Shown here piece by piece: positions 51,794 to 64,000 of a stretch of DNA of 64,000 nt (position 1 is the stretch's first letter; every line of letters starts with the position of its first letter). Made by a program: the position numbers and the translations under genes. Origin of the DNA: Podarcis liolepis (taxonomy: Eukaryota); NCBI GenBank assembly GCA_965112155.1, contig OZ218105.1. The stretch is one strand, 5' to 3'. The notes under the pieces were generated by a model. The model searched no databases and was not told the origin of the DNA. It saw only the letters and a list, made by a program, of their open reading frames with translations.

Positions 51794-51832
51794 ATCAGAT
51801 GGCTTGTGATCATCTTGAGTCATTGACAGAAG
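51794..51832 (-). CDS. PIEZO2: PIEZO2 cassette exon ~10 (LLSMTQDDHKPSD), 39 nt
   Basis: TTTTGCAG acceptor, GTTAGT donor; near-identical to the mammalian LLSMTQDDYKPSD as I recall it. Confidence 0.88.
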
Positions 51833-52463
51833 CTGCAAAAGCAAGGCAAGAATAGCTTATTAGTTAAGAATTATAGCTGAAGCGTAAAATATTCTTAATA
51901 GCTTTAGGCTTTGGTTCCGAAAGGACCATTTGCTTTGAGGAATGTGTTAATCACTGCATGCATATCTTCTACTACTATTCTGCCGCCGCCACCACTGCCA
52001 CTACTTCTTCTTCTTATTATTATTATTATTATTAACAACATCTATTTTCCAGGCTACAACGTTGTTTCTAGTTGAAGGTTCAAATGAGTTGAAACACAGT
52101 AATGATGCTAACTACTTTTGAGAAATCCTGCAATGCTACATAGAAGGCTATCATTAAAAGAAAAGCAGTCAAAATTCCCACTAGATGCACACAAGCCCAC
52201 CTAGATGCACACAAGCCCAACTCTTATGCAGCTTTTATGTCAAATGTTTGAAAACCAAGAAACTAGTTAAAATCAGGAGATGCTAAGTGGTACATTTATA
52301 CTGCAATATTTGTATTTTTTAAGTGCTTGTAGCAACATTCGCTCCTATGTTGTGCTTAAAATTGTACAAACCGTATCATCATACAAAGTCAGAAACATGA
52401 AACATAGCACTCCTGATCATTAACTGGATAATTATAATCCAACTACTTTATATTTGACCTTAC

Positions 52464-52592
52464 TTTTCTTTCATCAGTTGTGTAGCGGCTTGTATACCAC
52501 AAACTGCGCCTTCTTTCTGCAGTCATTTGGACATGAGTGCAGTCTGTTTCCTCTTCCCTGTTACCAGATTTATCATCATCATCAGGTATATG
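52464..52592 (-). CDS. PIEZO2: PIEZO2 exon ~9 (HIPDDDDK...RRRSLWYTSRYTTDERK)
   Basis: TAG acceptor, GTAAGG donor, phase 0-0; RRRSLWY...TDERK motif. Confidence 0.9.
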
Positions 52593-52727
52593 CTAAAGAA
52601 CAAATGTCTATGTTAACTCCAGAATAACCAGTTATTTAGCTGCTAATTTTCGCTTTAAAAATGGGGGAGGAGGATTTTCTTGCCAAGATAAATAGGATTA
52701 AATTTATATACCACCTTTCATCCAAGG

Positions 52728-52858
52728 CAGGCTTCCTCAACCTCGGCCCTCCTATGTTTTTTGTCTACAACTCCCATGATCCCTAGCTAGCAGGACCAGT
52801 GGTCAGGGATGGTGGGAACTGTAGTCACAAAACATCTGGCCAAGGTTGAGGAAGCCTG
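52728..52858. mobile_element. hAT MITE
   Basis: TIR CAGGCTTCCTCAACCT; perfect 8-bp TSD ATCCAAGG. Confidence 0.88.
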
Positions 52859-53489
52859 ATCCAAGGATTACAGGGCAGTTTACAATCTAGGCAGTGTTTA
52901 GCTTTCCCAGTCAAGCCCATATGAACTTTTCAGACAAGTATGAAGACTAATCAATCTCAACACATTTTTGGGTAGACAGGTTTAAGCAACACTGCAAACA
53001 TCAACAGGTAATGGTAACCTCATCTTGCCAACATTACTCATGGGCAACATGGCAGTTCTTCTTACTCTCCTGCCCCTTGCAGCTCCCCATCTCCTCCAGG
53101 GTTTCCTCCCAACCCTCTAAAGCAGAATTTGGATGTTTGCAGGAGGCTGCAGGGAGAAGGGGAATCTGTTCCACCAATGGATATATATACACAGTATCAG
53201 GGCCGGCAGTGGTGGACAATGAGTTCCTTGGAGTCTGGACCTGCCACCCCTGTGGATCCTGCTGCCTGAGGCTGTTGTTTCACCTTGCCTCATGGGCAGA
53301 CCAGCTCAGCACAATATACTACATGTTTACTTTCCCTTCACCCCTGGGCATGGAGAAGATAGGGAGGTTAGAAGGGTCAGGCAAATGACACATGAGAGTG
53401 TAAGAGTATTCATCCAGAGCACACATCACCACAATGAATAAGTAGAGCATGCACTCATAAAGGCCATGTTATGTCACACCACATATCCG

Positions 53490-53578
53490 GTATCTGAAGA
53501 AGTGTGCAGGCACACGAAAGCTTATACCCAGAACAAACTTCAAGACCAAGGTGCTACTGGACAATTTTTAATTTTTTT
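53490..53578. mobile_element. Penelope-like element end fragment, opposite orientation to the 2321 copy
   Basis: Reverse-complement match to 2365-2444 with an internal deletion. Confidence 0.7.
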
Positions 53579-53901
53579 CACATATAAGCTATTACTGTGC
53601 TAGTGAGCATCTGAACAAGCCCTCCATTGTGCAAAGCACTCTCTCTAGCCTACTCTGTCTTCCCTGAAGTGCCCACCCCTGGCATTTACATTATAAGGAA
53701 ATTACTGGGTTAATAACTTTTCTACTAACATGTAGCTCTGCCCTGAATTACATACAAGCATACAAGTCATCTCTTTTTCGTAATTCACAATGCACATTTG
53801 TTAAATTTTATGCACAAATATTGCCACATCCTGAAATGATGTCTACACTCTTTTCCTGAAGATTTTCTCATTACTATATAGGAAAAAGAGAGTTGTTTTA
53901 C

Positions 53902-54070
53902 CTGTACAATAGGTTCATGGAGCCAAAGTCGAATGAGAGTTGCTAGGGTATAGTATAACAGCAGCACCAAGATGGGGCTAGTATGGTGATACCAAAACAA
54001 CTTTTGATTAGTTATAATTTTCCAAGTGCTTGAACAGTTGGTCTGAATAACTGAAGTGACACCAAATAAT
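53902..54070 (-). CDS. PIEZO2: PIEZO2 exon ~8 (LFGVTSVIQTNCSSTWK...RLWLHEPIVQ)
   Basis: CAG acceptor, CAG|GTAAAA donor; PIEZO2 peptide match. Confidence 0.92.
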
Positions 54071-54520
54071 CTGTTGAAATGATAAAACAGGAGGCATTAC
54101 ATAAACAATACAGATTATCATTATCAAGACATTTTGACTGTCTGAATTCATAGCTTCTTATTCAGTCAGCACAAAGTCCCTACAATTGTATCAGGAATTC
54201 GGATTAGCAAATCATTCTGGCTATTGCTTTTGGTAACTGAGACCTCATTCAACTTCTACATTTTTGTGTGTGAATATAATTAAGCAGGAAGATATTACCT
54301 GCTTTGTCTTCTTTTCTTGGGAAACATTTCTCTTTAGTTTCATTGTTTAAAACTTTGTTTTATTTCGTGTACTAAAGAAACTAGAGTTTGCCAACCTACT
54401 AAGAGATGCCTCTGAGTAATTTTACCAATTCTAGTCTCAGTTATATTTAAATCACTGGTGCCTATGTGCAAGCTGTTTTGATGGGTATGTAGTGATGCAA
54501 AGCTGTTGCATATAACAGCT

Positions 54521-54862
54521 CATCCACACCTTACATTTAAAGCACATCCAATGCAGATTTAAAACCCATGACTTCCTACAAAGAACCCTCTAAACCAGGC
54601 TTCCTCAACCTCGGCCCTCCAAATGTTTTTGGCCTACAATTCCCATGATCCCTAGCTAGCAGGGCCAGCGGTCAGGGATGATGGGAATTGCAGTCTCAAA
54701 ACACCTGGAGGGCCGAGGTTGAGGAAGCCTGCTCTAAACAGTAGTCTTCCCTCTCACAGAGCCACAGTTTCCAGCACTATTAACAAGCTGTAATTGCCAG
54801 GATTCTTTGGGGAAGTCATGTGCTTTAAACGTGTGTTGGATATGCTTTAACTGTATGGTGAA
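54521..54862. mobile_element. Older palindromic MITE interrupted by the 54596 insertion
   Basis: Left arm TTAAAGCACATCCAA...CATGACTTCC..AAAGAA pairs with right arm TTCTTTGGGGAAGTCATG...TTGGATATGCTTTAA. Confidence 0.6.
54596..54731. mobile_element. hAT MITE, same family as 52728, nested in an older palindromic element
   Basis: TIR CAGGCTTCCTCAACCTCGGCCCTCCA; perfect 8-bp TSD CTCTAAAC. Confidence 0.88.
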
Positions 54863-57738
54863 CCTCTGCCCTCAGTCATGGGCATAAGTTCTTACCAGCT
54901 GCACTCTGATCCAGTAGGTTCATGCCTATGAGAGATTCAATGACAATGCAAAGCCACCATATAACCAGCTGGCTTTTGCAGTCACTTTGGTGTTGGCGTG
55001 CCCTATGTATGTTCATGCAGCTGCATTGAACTTTTGAAAGAGTTTCTCAATAAGATGGCCGCTTGCAGGACCCAATTAAGGGAGCTGGCTGAGCAAAGAC
55101 CTCCTGCTCTTCCCCAATTAGTTTGTGTGTGTGATTATCTCTGTAAGTTTGCAGAAAAGGAAAAGTTTTGTGTTTTCCAAGGGTAAATGAATATTCATAA
55201 CCAATCTACAGAGCGGCCATAACATGAGCAGTATTTCAGGTTATACAAGCCACGAATAACTTTATTACTGTTCTGAGGAACATTAAGCAAACATCAAACT
55301 GGAAAATAGTAAAAACGAAACAAAAAAACAGGTGGCTGACACATTGTTGCTCTGTCAATTCATTTCCCCAGCAAAAGCTTACTGAATTAATGCAATCATG
55401 TCTCTGGTGTATATGTGCTGTGATCTGCTCTTCCTGACACATTCACAGCCTATGACCTTGATAAATGCAAGATACTGATTTAGCATTAAAGTGCATAATG
55501 ATGTAAGAGTGGAAATATTGCTGTTCTCTAAAAAAACAGGAAAACGTTTTTCTTCTATTTCCACCTACAGCAGAGTAGCCAACTGTGGATATAGCTATCA
55601 TCGCAAAGACCAGACTACTTTAAGATGGGTTCATCTGAAAATGGAGACATGCACTCTACTTTTGCTAATATTCATGTCTCCTTGCAGGTTCCATCCCCAA
55701 TACATCTTAAACTGGGGAGAGAAGAGGTGGCGGGGGATAACAGGCAGAAAAGAAGGCTTCCTCCCACACATGATATGCATTTGTGGGTCTCACCTTAGCT
55801 GTGGCTTATTGGCAGAGAGACCTCTACAGTAATGTGGATTTCAGCAGGTGCCCACCTGTACCAACCTCACACACCAATTTTTATTTATTTTTTATTGCTG
55901 CTTCTGCTGTCTTATTCTTGTAGTGTATACTTACTGTTTGATTGTACAGCCTAGAATTTAAATTTTAATTAAAGGTTCACATAGAAATCTTATTTAAAAG
56001 CTACAGACAAGTACTATCATTTGCAGATTGGGGGGAACCAGCATTGGGATCACATGTATCAATGCTAACCATACTTTCTATCTTAACCAAGAGGTTGAAG
56101 ATTTGCAAATCCTGGTCAAGAATAATCTAGTTAGTACTGCCCCATTTCTTCCCATAGAACAGCTGCTATATATCCTCTATGTCAAATACTCAAATGCAAT
56201 AATTATAAACATTTTAATGAGAAATGGTGACACTGCACTCCCCACCATCTTCTCTGAACCCCTAAAATGATGGGCTTCCTTTTCACTTTTAAAGTGGCAT
56301 GGATCAATTTTAATGAGAACTATAAGCTCTACACATATGACACCAGAAAACCACTTGTTTCTGGTGGTATTGAACCTATTAATGGAATTTTGAGGGATAA
56401 ATGCAATGTTTAAAGTTAGCACTGGCCAAAAAGTAGGGCAAGAATGCTTTGGCATATAGTTTTATGGTGGAATTGGGTGGCGGATCCTTTCATTTTAATT
56501 AGTTTGTATGGTCAATAGCAGGAATCCTGAAGACAGGATTTTCTGAAGCTACACACACTGTATATGTGTACCGTTTCTGTTTGGGTGATAACGCTGGTAA
56601 AGTAAGAGGTGGGTGGGATTATGCAAAAAGGGTGCTGGCTGGCTTAGAACCTGCTGGGGGAAAAGAGTTCCTTGGGCTGGTCTCTGGCCAGCTTTGCTGT
56701 GGTTTGTGCAAAATGTTACTTTGGCTCTATGCTGGCAGGAATGCCTTGGTGGCTATAAAGTGCCAGGTACTGGCCCACTGAACTGTATTTGATTATAGGG
56801 TAAAACCAACAGCCTTGATTTAAAGTGCCAGGACCCTGTCAAATGAGCCAACAATGGCTGGGATAGAATATGTTAAGGCACAAGATGACCGGATTAAAGT
56901 TTTAGTAAAATTAAAAAAAAAAAAAAAGGAGAAATGGTGACACTGAAGAAAGAAATTATTAACAGTTCTAATACATAAAAAGCAGCACAGCTTTACTTCA
57001 AGAAGATGCATTCAATTTTCAGTTTTCTAAATTTGTGCAAGCACTTCTGACACCTGGATTGTATGCTTTCTAAATGACTTCGTATGTTTCAGATACTGTA
57101 TATAAATATATCTGTAATGTAAGTATGCAAAAGATTTCACACACATACATAGGTTATTACGTCAATATGTACAGAACAATCCTGTAAGGCAATGTCAGTA
57201 TAATTCTCTTATTAACTATTGATACATTTCTTTCATCAGAATTTATCTTCACAAAACAGAATGACTGTTTCCATACGCAAACATCCATCACAAGTCACTT
57301 GAGTACGTTATTACTTAATGACTGAGGTCATCCAATGTTGTTAACCATTATGCTCTGACAAGTATCACCACTTTCCACAAATAAAAAGCCACAAACTCTA
57401 AATCCCCTTGACATTGTATGGATACAATGTTTATCTATGATAAAAAATGCATTTTGTTATAAAACATATGCAACGTCATGACTGCATTTGTCCACAAAAG
57501 CTGGAATCCAGTTAACCATAATTAAACAGCAGCAATCTAGAAACCTCTATTGACTTTCTTCTGCATTACATACTAAGCAACGCTTAGCCACAGGTTACAA
57601 AACCCCCTATGTTAGGGTGTGTACAAGGTTTTCTTCAATCACTTGTGAAATCACTGCCGTAATGAAAGAGTTCTTGCTCGCTGTGACAGTGCTTGTACTT
57701 TAAAAATCAAAAGTGCTATCCCTCTTGTAACAATAGTG

Positions 57739-57871
57739 CAGGCATCCCTAAACTTGGCCCTCCAGATGGTTTGGGGCTATAATTCCCATCATCCCTGACC
57801 ACTGGTCCTGTTAGCTAGGGATGATGGGAATTGTAGTCTCAAATCTGGAGGGCAGAGTTTGGGGATGCCTG
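57739..57871. mobile_element. hAT MITE, related subfamily
   Basis: TIRs CAGGCATCCCTAAACT / AGTTTGGGGATGCCTG; TSD CAATAGTG/CTATAGTG. Confidence 0.82.
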
Positions 57872-58281
57872 CTATAGTGTATATAGTAACTCTATATAAA
57901 TACACTGTTACAGTCAAGAAAATACTGTGCGCACGTGCACGCATATGCACACACACACACAGTTACTTTTGTTTTAATATCATGTTTTTTATTGCTCATT
58001 CCCAGATTCCTCTATACCTCTTTTCTACTGAGTCCTAGTTTCCATTGCTTTAACTGAATCAAAGCTTTTCTGGCAATGGCAAAACCAGCACTATTATAAC
58101 ATTCCTTCTGGCAACACTTTTTCTATTAAACAGAACTAATCTGAAATGCAGAGGGGCTGAACATAAAACTCTGAATAATTTTAAGCCTGTGGGTAAATGT
58201 CAACCATGTAATCAGGGCAAATGCTATCATTAGGCCAACTAGGCAGCAGCCTAGGCCGCAGACCCCAGAGGGGCATAGCAG

Positions 58282-58499
58282 TAAGGGTAAAGGTAAAGGA
58301 ACACTGGACAGTTAAGACCAGTCAAAGGCGATTATGGGGTGCAGCACTCATCTCGTTTTCAGGCCGAGGAAGCCTGTGTTTGTCCACAGACAGCTTTCTG
58401 GGTCATGTGGCCAGCATGACTAAACTGCTACTGGCATACAGAGGACCGTGATGAGTGCCAGAGCGCATGGAAACATTGTTTACCTACCCACCACAGTGG

Positions 58500-58533
<34 letters not shown>

Positions 58534-58682
58534 CTTGCACTGGCATGCTTCAAACTGCTAAGTTGGCAGAATATGGACAGAACAATGGGAGCTCAACTCG
58601 TCATGGGGATTCAAATCACCGACCTTCTGATCAGCAAGCCCAAGAGGGTAAGTGGTTTAGACCACAGCACCATCCGTGCCCC
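58282..58682 (-). mobile_element. Sauria SINE, near full length
   Basis: (AAAGGT)n tail at left, core similar to the 23110 copy, tRNA-like head at right. Confidence 0.85.
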
Positions 58683-59871
58683 TTGCACTGACTTTTGACA
58701 GGCACAGCTTTATTAATTTTTCTTTTGTATTTGAGAAAGATAATCAAATATTGCTGTATTACTAATTATTACAATTTTAATTTTTTTTAGCAGCTTCAAG
58801 TTTTGTGCTTTTCATTTTCTACAGGACATTTGTTTTTGAAAACTGAAGTTAGCAGGGTTGGTGGGTTGTTGCAGGTAGTTAGTTACGTAGTTGTGTAATG
58901 TTTTGAAGTTAAGTAGAAAAAATATGAACCATTATTTCAGAGATAACTGCAAGAGAAAAGCTGTTACATCCTGAAAATGCTGCAAAACATAAACATTAAC
59001 CAAACCAAGTGTTGCTCAGTCACAAACTTATCTAATGTTACTTATCAGTTTGTTTTCCTTGTATGTTTTCTAAAGAGGCTGGTGTAGCTTTATGCATTTA
59101 TTCATTGTTAACTTTTTATGACTCTTGTTTTTAACAAACGTGGTGGCAGGCAACAATAACACACAAGACTTATTTATTTAACGTGAACTAGAATCAACCA
59201 TGAACTTTTATTTGCCGTCAAACCTGCTATGCTTAGAACAAGATTTCAATATTCAACTTTTTAAAAAGATAATAGATTGTTTTGGCTGTGTAGATCCAGA
59301 ATATCAATACAGCATATTTCTTGAATTAACTTTCTGGCTGTTGCATTTCATTCAAGCAGTATTAATCTGCCAACAAAAAAAAAAGTCCTCTTCTTAGATT
59401 CTGACACCTGCAAAAGATCTATACTGTCAAATAATCCTAAGTAGTTCTGCTGTGATGTAAGCACACTGCATACCCTATTTCCTTCCTGCTTAGCCAAACC
59501 AGGTTGTGTCACCACCTTCTTCTGACCCAGAAGCACAGCAAGTGATCTCCTGCAGCTATGCACACTGACCTTCAGTTCTGGCTCTGAGTAGACATTGTGA
59601 TGGGAGGTGCTCCCACTATTGCTATACCCTGCAGGAAATATTAAGCACAAGGAACAATATTCCCTGCTGTCATCTAGAGAGAAGACCACCCAGATTAAAA
59701 CATGCGAGCACAGGGATCCATATAGACTGCAAAGGGCTATCTCAAGCCATTACTAGCATTTTATTGCTACCTATATGTATAGGCACTAACAACACAAAAT
59801 ATATTTTATATCAAATCATGCAATTAGGGAAGTGCCATCTTATGTTCCCTGAGGCTCTTAAGTAAAGTTCT

Positions 59872-60154
59872 GAAAGTAGATGAAAACATATACCCATTAT
59901 CCTAAAATCTATTACCAGCTCTGAAGAGTGGTAATAAGAACCAATCCAGATTTTTTTATACTTTGAAAATTTGTTCTACAAAGCTATTTTAACTTAGTGA
60001 GGAAGTGATAAATAAAGTGATCTACAAGGGGCTACACCATTACAATGACTTGAGAGCACCTTCCAGATGTTCTATAAAAATAATAACAATGGAAATCTGG
60101 CTATCGAGCTTCAACAGATTTTAGGATAATGGGTATATGTTTTCATCCACTTTC
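59872..60154. repeat. 39-bp inverted repeat with 205-bp spacer
   Basis: 59872-59910 matches the reverse complement of 60116-60154 with one mismatch. Confidence 0.85.
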
Positions 60155-63100
60155 TTTTTGATAAAAAATGTGTTGATGATTTTTGTAGGCAGTGGGCTCC
60201 ACATTTTTTTTAAAGCCTACACAAAGAGAAAGAAAAAGAAAGAGAGTGCATCTTGCTAACAGAACTATGTCCAAGCTGGTCCTAATCTTTCAGCTTCTAT
60301 AAATATACTCATCAGAGTGGGTTGGATGACATATGATTTTTACAATTAAGAGGAAAGTCAGCAAGAAGATGTCACCTGAGGAGGAGATGTGGCTTGGCCT
60401 CAGGTCTCAGGTGCCAGATAGAGAAAACTAGAGGGCTGTATTGAGTTTCTCACTCCTGGTTTAGAAGCACCCAACACACGTCAGAAAAAAATCTTGCTTA
60501 ACAAGACTCCAAGGGTACTGCTGCAAGAGACATGGTTTAACCATACAGTGCTAGCCCAATTTGGAGCTATTTGCTTTTCCAAATTAATTGACAGGCAGCA
60601 ATCTTAGGTGTCTTATACATGCCTCATGCCAGCCTAATTTATGCTAAGTGTTGTATGCTATGTGTTGTATAGAGACATTGTGGTTGGGATGCCTTTTCCT
60701 CCCTCCTCCTCCCTGCTGTTGCCTCACTACTGCTACACCCCTTTGTCACCACCTCCAATGCAGTACCATTCTCACCCATCAATGCGAAGAAGGAAGGCAA
60801 TGTGGCTCAGCTGACTGTGTCTGCACCATTTTGTTGCAATTGTAGCAAACAAACAGTCCAGCAGGAGGAGGTGAGAGGAAAAGGCAGTGGAGGGGCAGAG
60901 GTGGCAACTGTGAGCTGCCTCAGTAGAATGGCTGCTTCAATACCGCTTAACATTCAGGACAATCTTTTAAAAAACAGATTAGATCTGGTTGAGGTTCATG
61001 GAAAATATACCTCCCATCAGCAATTATGCCACAGCATTCTGTACTAACTGCAGTTCATGGATCAATTACAAGAAAAGCCCCAGATACAATGTACTGCCGT
61101 AATCCAGTCTTGAAGTTACCAATGCATGGACTATTGTGAGCAAGCTATCCCCACCCGGTAATGGCCACAGCTGTTGTACCAGCAGAAGCTGATTAAAGGC
61201 ACATATTCTTTTAAGAGCCAAAAGGTTGCTACAAAAAAGTGGTGAGTTGAAAGAGCTTTTTTATCTTCTTTGAATTACTTCCAAGTATGACTCGATAAAT
61301 TTCTAGAAACCTGTCTGAGACATCAGGTTGTGGGCAAATTAAAAAACGGTGCAAATTATGTGCCTTTAGGAAAAGTAGTTCAGAGCCTTACATGGTTAAC
61401 TCAAAAAGCCCACCAAGCTGGTGTAAAATACTACTTTGAGATGTTTGAGAAGTGTCAAAGAGCATTATTTCTGCTCTACAAAATGATGAACAAGCAGTTC
61501 CTACAATAAACCTCAAACACAGGAGAGACTATGAGAAAGAACACAAATGAAGCGTGCAGGGAAGCTATATTAGGAGGTGTATTTTGGAATTAAGAGGTAC
61601 ATCCTGGAGTGTCCTAGCATAATGAATCAAAATCAACTGAAGAGCCTAGCAACTGTCATCCAAAAGAAACTGGAGGCATCAAATTTCAAAGCTGCATAGC
61701 AAATTAAACTCTTCAGCTACAGACATTAATCTCATTGGGTCAGTGTTCTTTGAACATTGCAAAATAATGCCCATGATCTATAGCCAATTTGTTTTAGAAG
61801 AAAAAGTACACCAGTACATGGCACATGGGAGGGTTTGTCTGCTTTGCTATTAATTGTACAAACACGTCAAATAGGTTGAAGCTCTGAAGCATCTGCAAAT
61901 GTGAGTGGTATTTTTCCTTTATTAGGGCAGGTGGCTACATACCACAGAACATTTATCTAATTCCGATCTATTTCAGAGCAAAATATCCCTATTTCTGCTA
62001 CATCTCAGGGAAGTGCCTTAAAACGTTTCTACAACGGTTAAGAGAAATATGTGTTTAGTTCAAATACTTTAGCATCACAAATTGAGGTTCAACTAGATAG
62101 GGTCAACTTTGGATCTTCATAATGTAGGACTAGTCTGAGACTGTGTGGGACTATTCTAGTTCTGAAATAGTCCTGGGAAACATGAGCAAGAGACTGGGGG
62201 TGAGGAAAGCCTTTCAGCCATTAGCTGGTATTACCCAATTTGGCTTTTACAGATTCCACACCTATTGCATCATTTATAATTAATTTCCAGTTTTGTTAAT
62301 ATAAGAATTCCCACTTGCTTTCTTTACTTTTGCTCATTGCCTTCAACAAGTGCCAGAGATAAACAACTGAACAGGGTTCTTTTTTTCTCATCTACAATGC
62401 TCAGTTTAAATGTTGAGGATTTTGGGACTGGTCAGATGAGGATAGAGCCATCAAAAAAGGTGAAGAAATACTCCAATTGAATAGCTGCAGTTATTGAGCG
62501 GTTGGTAGGGAGCTGAGTGCTGGCAACCTATAGAAGGCATCCTCAGTCTCTTTCCAAACCTGCAGTTTTCAGCTAACTCTGAAGTACTTTTCTAATGAAA
62601 AAACCTGTAACAGCTAGACTGATCCTCCCTCCCCTGGCAGTAGCTACTGATCTGAGTAACTGTGGTGACTTTTGTTCCCCACCTTGTATTTTCAAAATTT
62701 TCATATAGTAATGTATTTTTATATTATTCTAATTTAATGTTTATATTGCTGTTGGCAGATTTGAGAGGAACCTATCTGCAAAAGCAGCTTTTTATTTTTT
62801 TTAAAAAAAGTAAATAAAATTGTGGGCATGATTGTCAATAGTCAATAATATTCTGTTTCTGATCTGATTTCATTCTGATGTAAAATCATCTCTCCATATT
62901 TATTTCTTAATATTGAAGATGATGTAAAGTACCTCTGTACTTCACTACAGGTTTTTTTATTTTATCTTCATTTATTTGTACATCTTTCTGACCTTTAACA
63001 TCTATATTCTCAAAAATCAATAAACATCTTTTTAAAAAAAAAAATTAGTATAGGTGAACAAGATTATCCTACTCTTGCAATAGCATTTTTATAATGAAAT

Positions 63101-64000
63101 TTCATTCAGTGCTTCAGCCAAAGAAGTGTTGGTCTTCGTACAAGACATCTAGTTATACAAATAATTAAATGCATATTGTTTTCCTCTCTTTTCATTACAG
63201 TTTGACAAAATGAAGAGGATTGCTTTCCATCAGTCAAGTTTAAATGTTTCAGCATCAGTTCCAAATTTCCAACAACCTTTCTTTCCTTGCATACTTTCCA
63301 CTAGCTTCTCATTAGGTTGGCAGTGCTGCTTCTGCTCTGTCAATAGTTAAACAAATATTCCATAACACCGAAAGCCAAATTCTGCAAGTTCATCAAATAT
63401 AAAATAAATTATGCAAATATAATTTGGTCCAATAACTTAAGTAATTTGTATTAAACTCAGACACTAGTATTTAAAGTACAAGTCAGAACAGAAGAAAATC
63501 TTGCAGGCATAATGATGGAAACCTATTCTGCAGCTTGTGGAATATGTATGCAGAGCCAATTAGTAAAATACTGTGTCTTCTCAGAAGTGTGCCAGTCATT
63601 TGCTGGATTTAATGGCAGTATAGTTCAAGTTTGCTGAACTAATCTGTAAGAATACTAGGATTTTGAAAATCTGCTTGAAACTCACTTATATCATTATATT
63701 AAAAAATGGTGACCAGCATTTCTAAATATATGTTAAGGGTGCCTAGGAGATTTGTAGCAGCTAAATTTTTGGAAACTGGTTAAGACAGTGTAGTTGGAAA
63801 TGTAAGTTTATCCTTTGTTAACAAAAGAAAGCATTTATCCTCACTATTATGTTAATCTCTTGCTTTTACTTTTTGCTTTTATTTTCAAAAAAATATTCAA
63901 TAGCCTCAGGCATGTGCTGTTCTGAAAGGTAGGATTCTCTCAAGATGTTTTGTTACAGGTTCTCAGTAGCTGAGCCAATTAAGAAGACAGCAGTCTTACT

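Larger units (their letters stand above)
279..54070 (-). other. PIEZO2: PIEZO2 gene, partial (37 internal coding exons; 5' and 3' ends outside window)
   Basis: Spliced exons give a continuous ~1966-aa frame with PIEZO2 motifs (KKKQWWRPWVDHASMVRSGDYYLFETDSEE, FVYQAWITDPK, HELTASELL, MTAIVYTEV, CHGLWDEDD); all intron phases are compatible. Confidence 0.97.

Noticed and set aside
54071-64000. Expected upstream PIEZO2 exon 7 (recalled as ...LCTWWS...DYYAR)
   Set aside because: I found no matching peptide with splice sites by eye; it probably lies beyond the window, making this a long intron.

Overview
Vertebrate genomic DNA. The Sauria SINEs, Penelope ends and hAT MITEs point to a squamate, probably a lacertid lizard. 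The whole window lies inside PIEZO2 (mechanosensitive cation channel) on the minus strand. I traced 37 coding exons by splice site and reading frame from 54070 down to 279: about 5900 nt and 1966 codons in one continuous frame. They match roughly exons 8-44 in mouse numbering (assigned from memory by peptide match) and run from late THU2 through the beam to THU9. Both ends of the gene are outside the window. All six cassette exons known from mammals (E10, E18, E19, E33, E35, E40) are intact. Main points of interest: (1) a promoter-like element and in-frame ATG exon with a consensus donor in the E18-E19 intron (34123-34330), which could start a short-blade PIEZO2 at the THU4/THU5 boundary; (2) a 21-bp heptad coding repeat expansion in E20; (3) two consecutive GC-AG introns. 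The introns also hold SINEs, LINE and Penelope ends, hAT and Tc1-type MITEs, a solo LTR and microsatellites.
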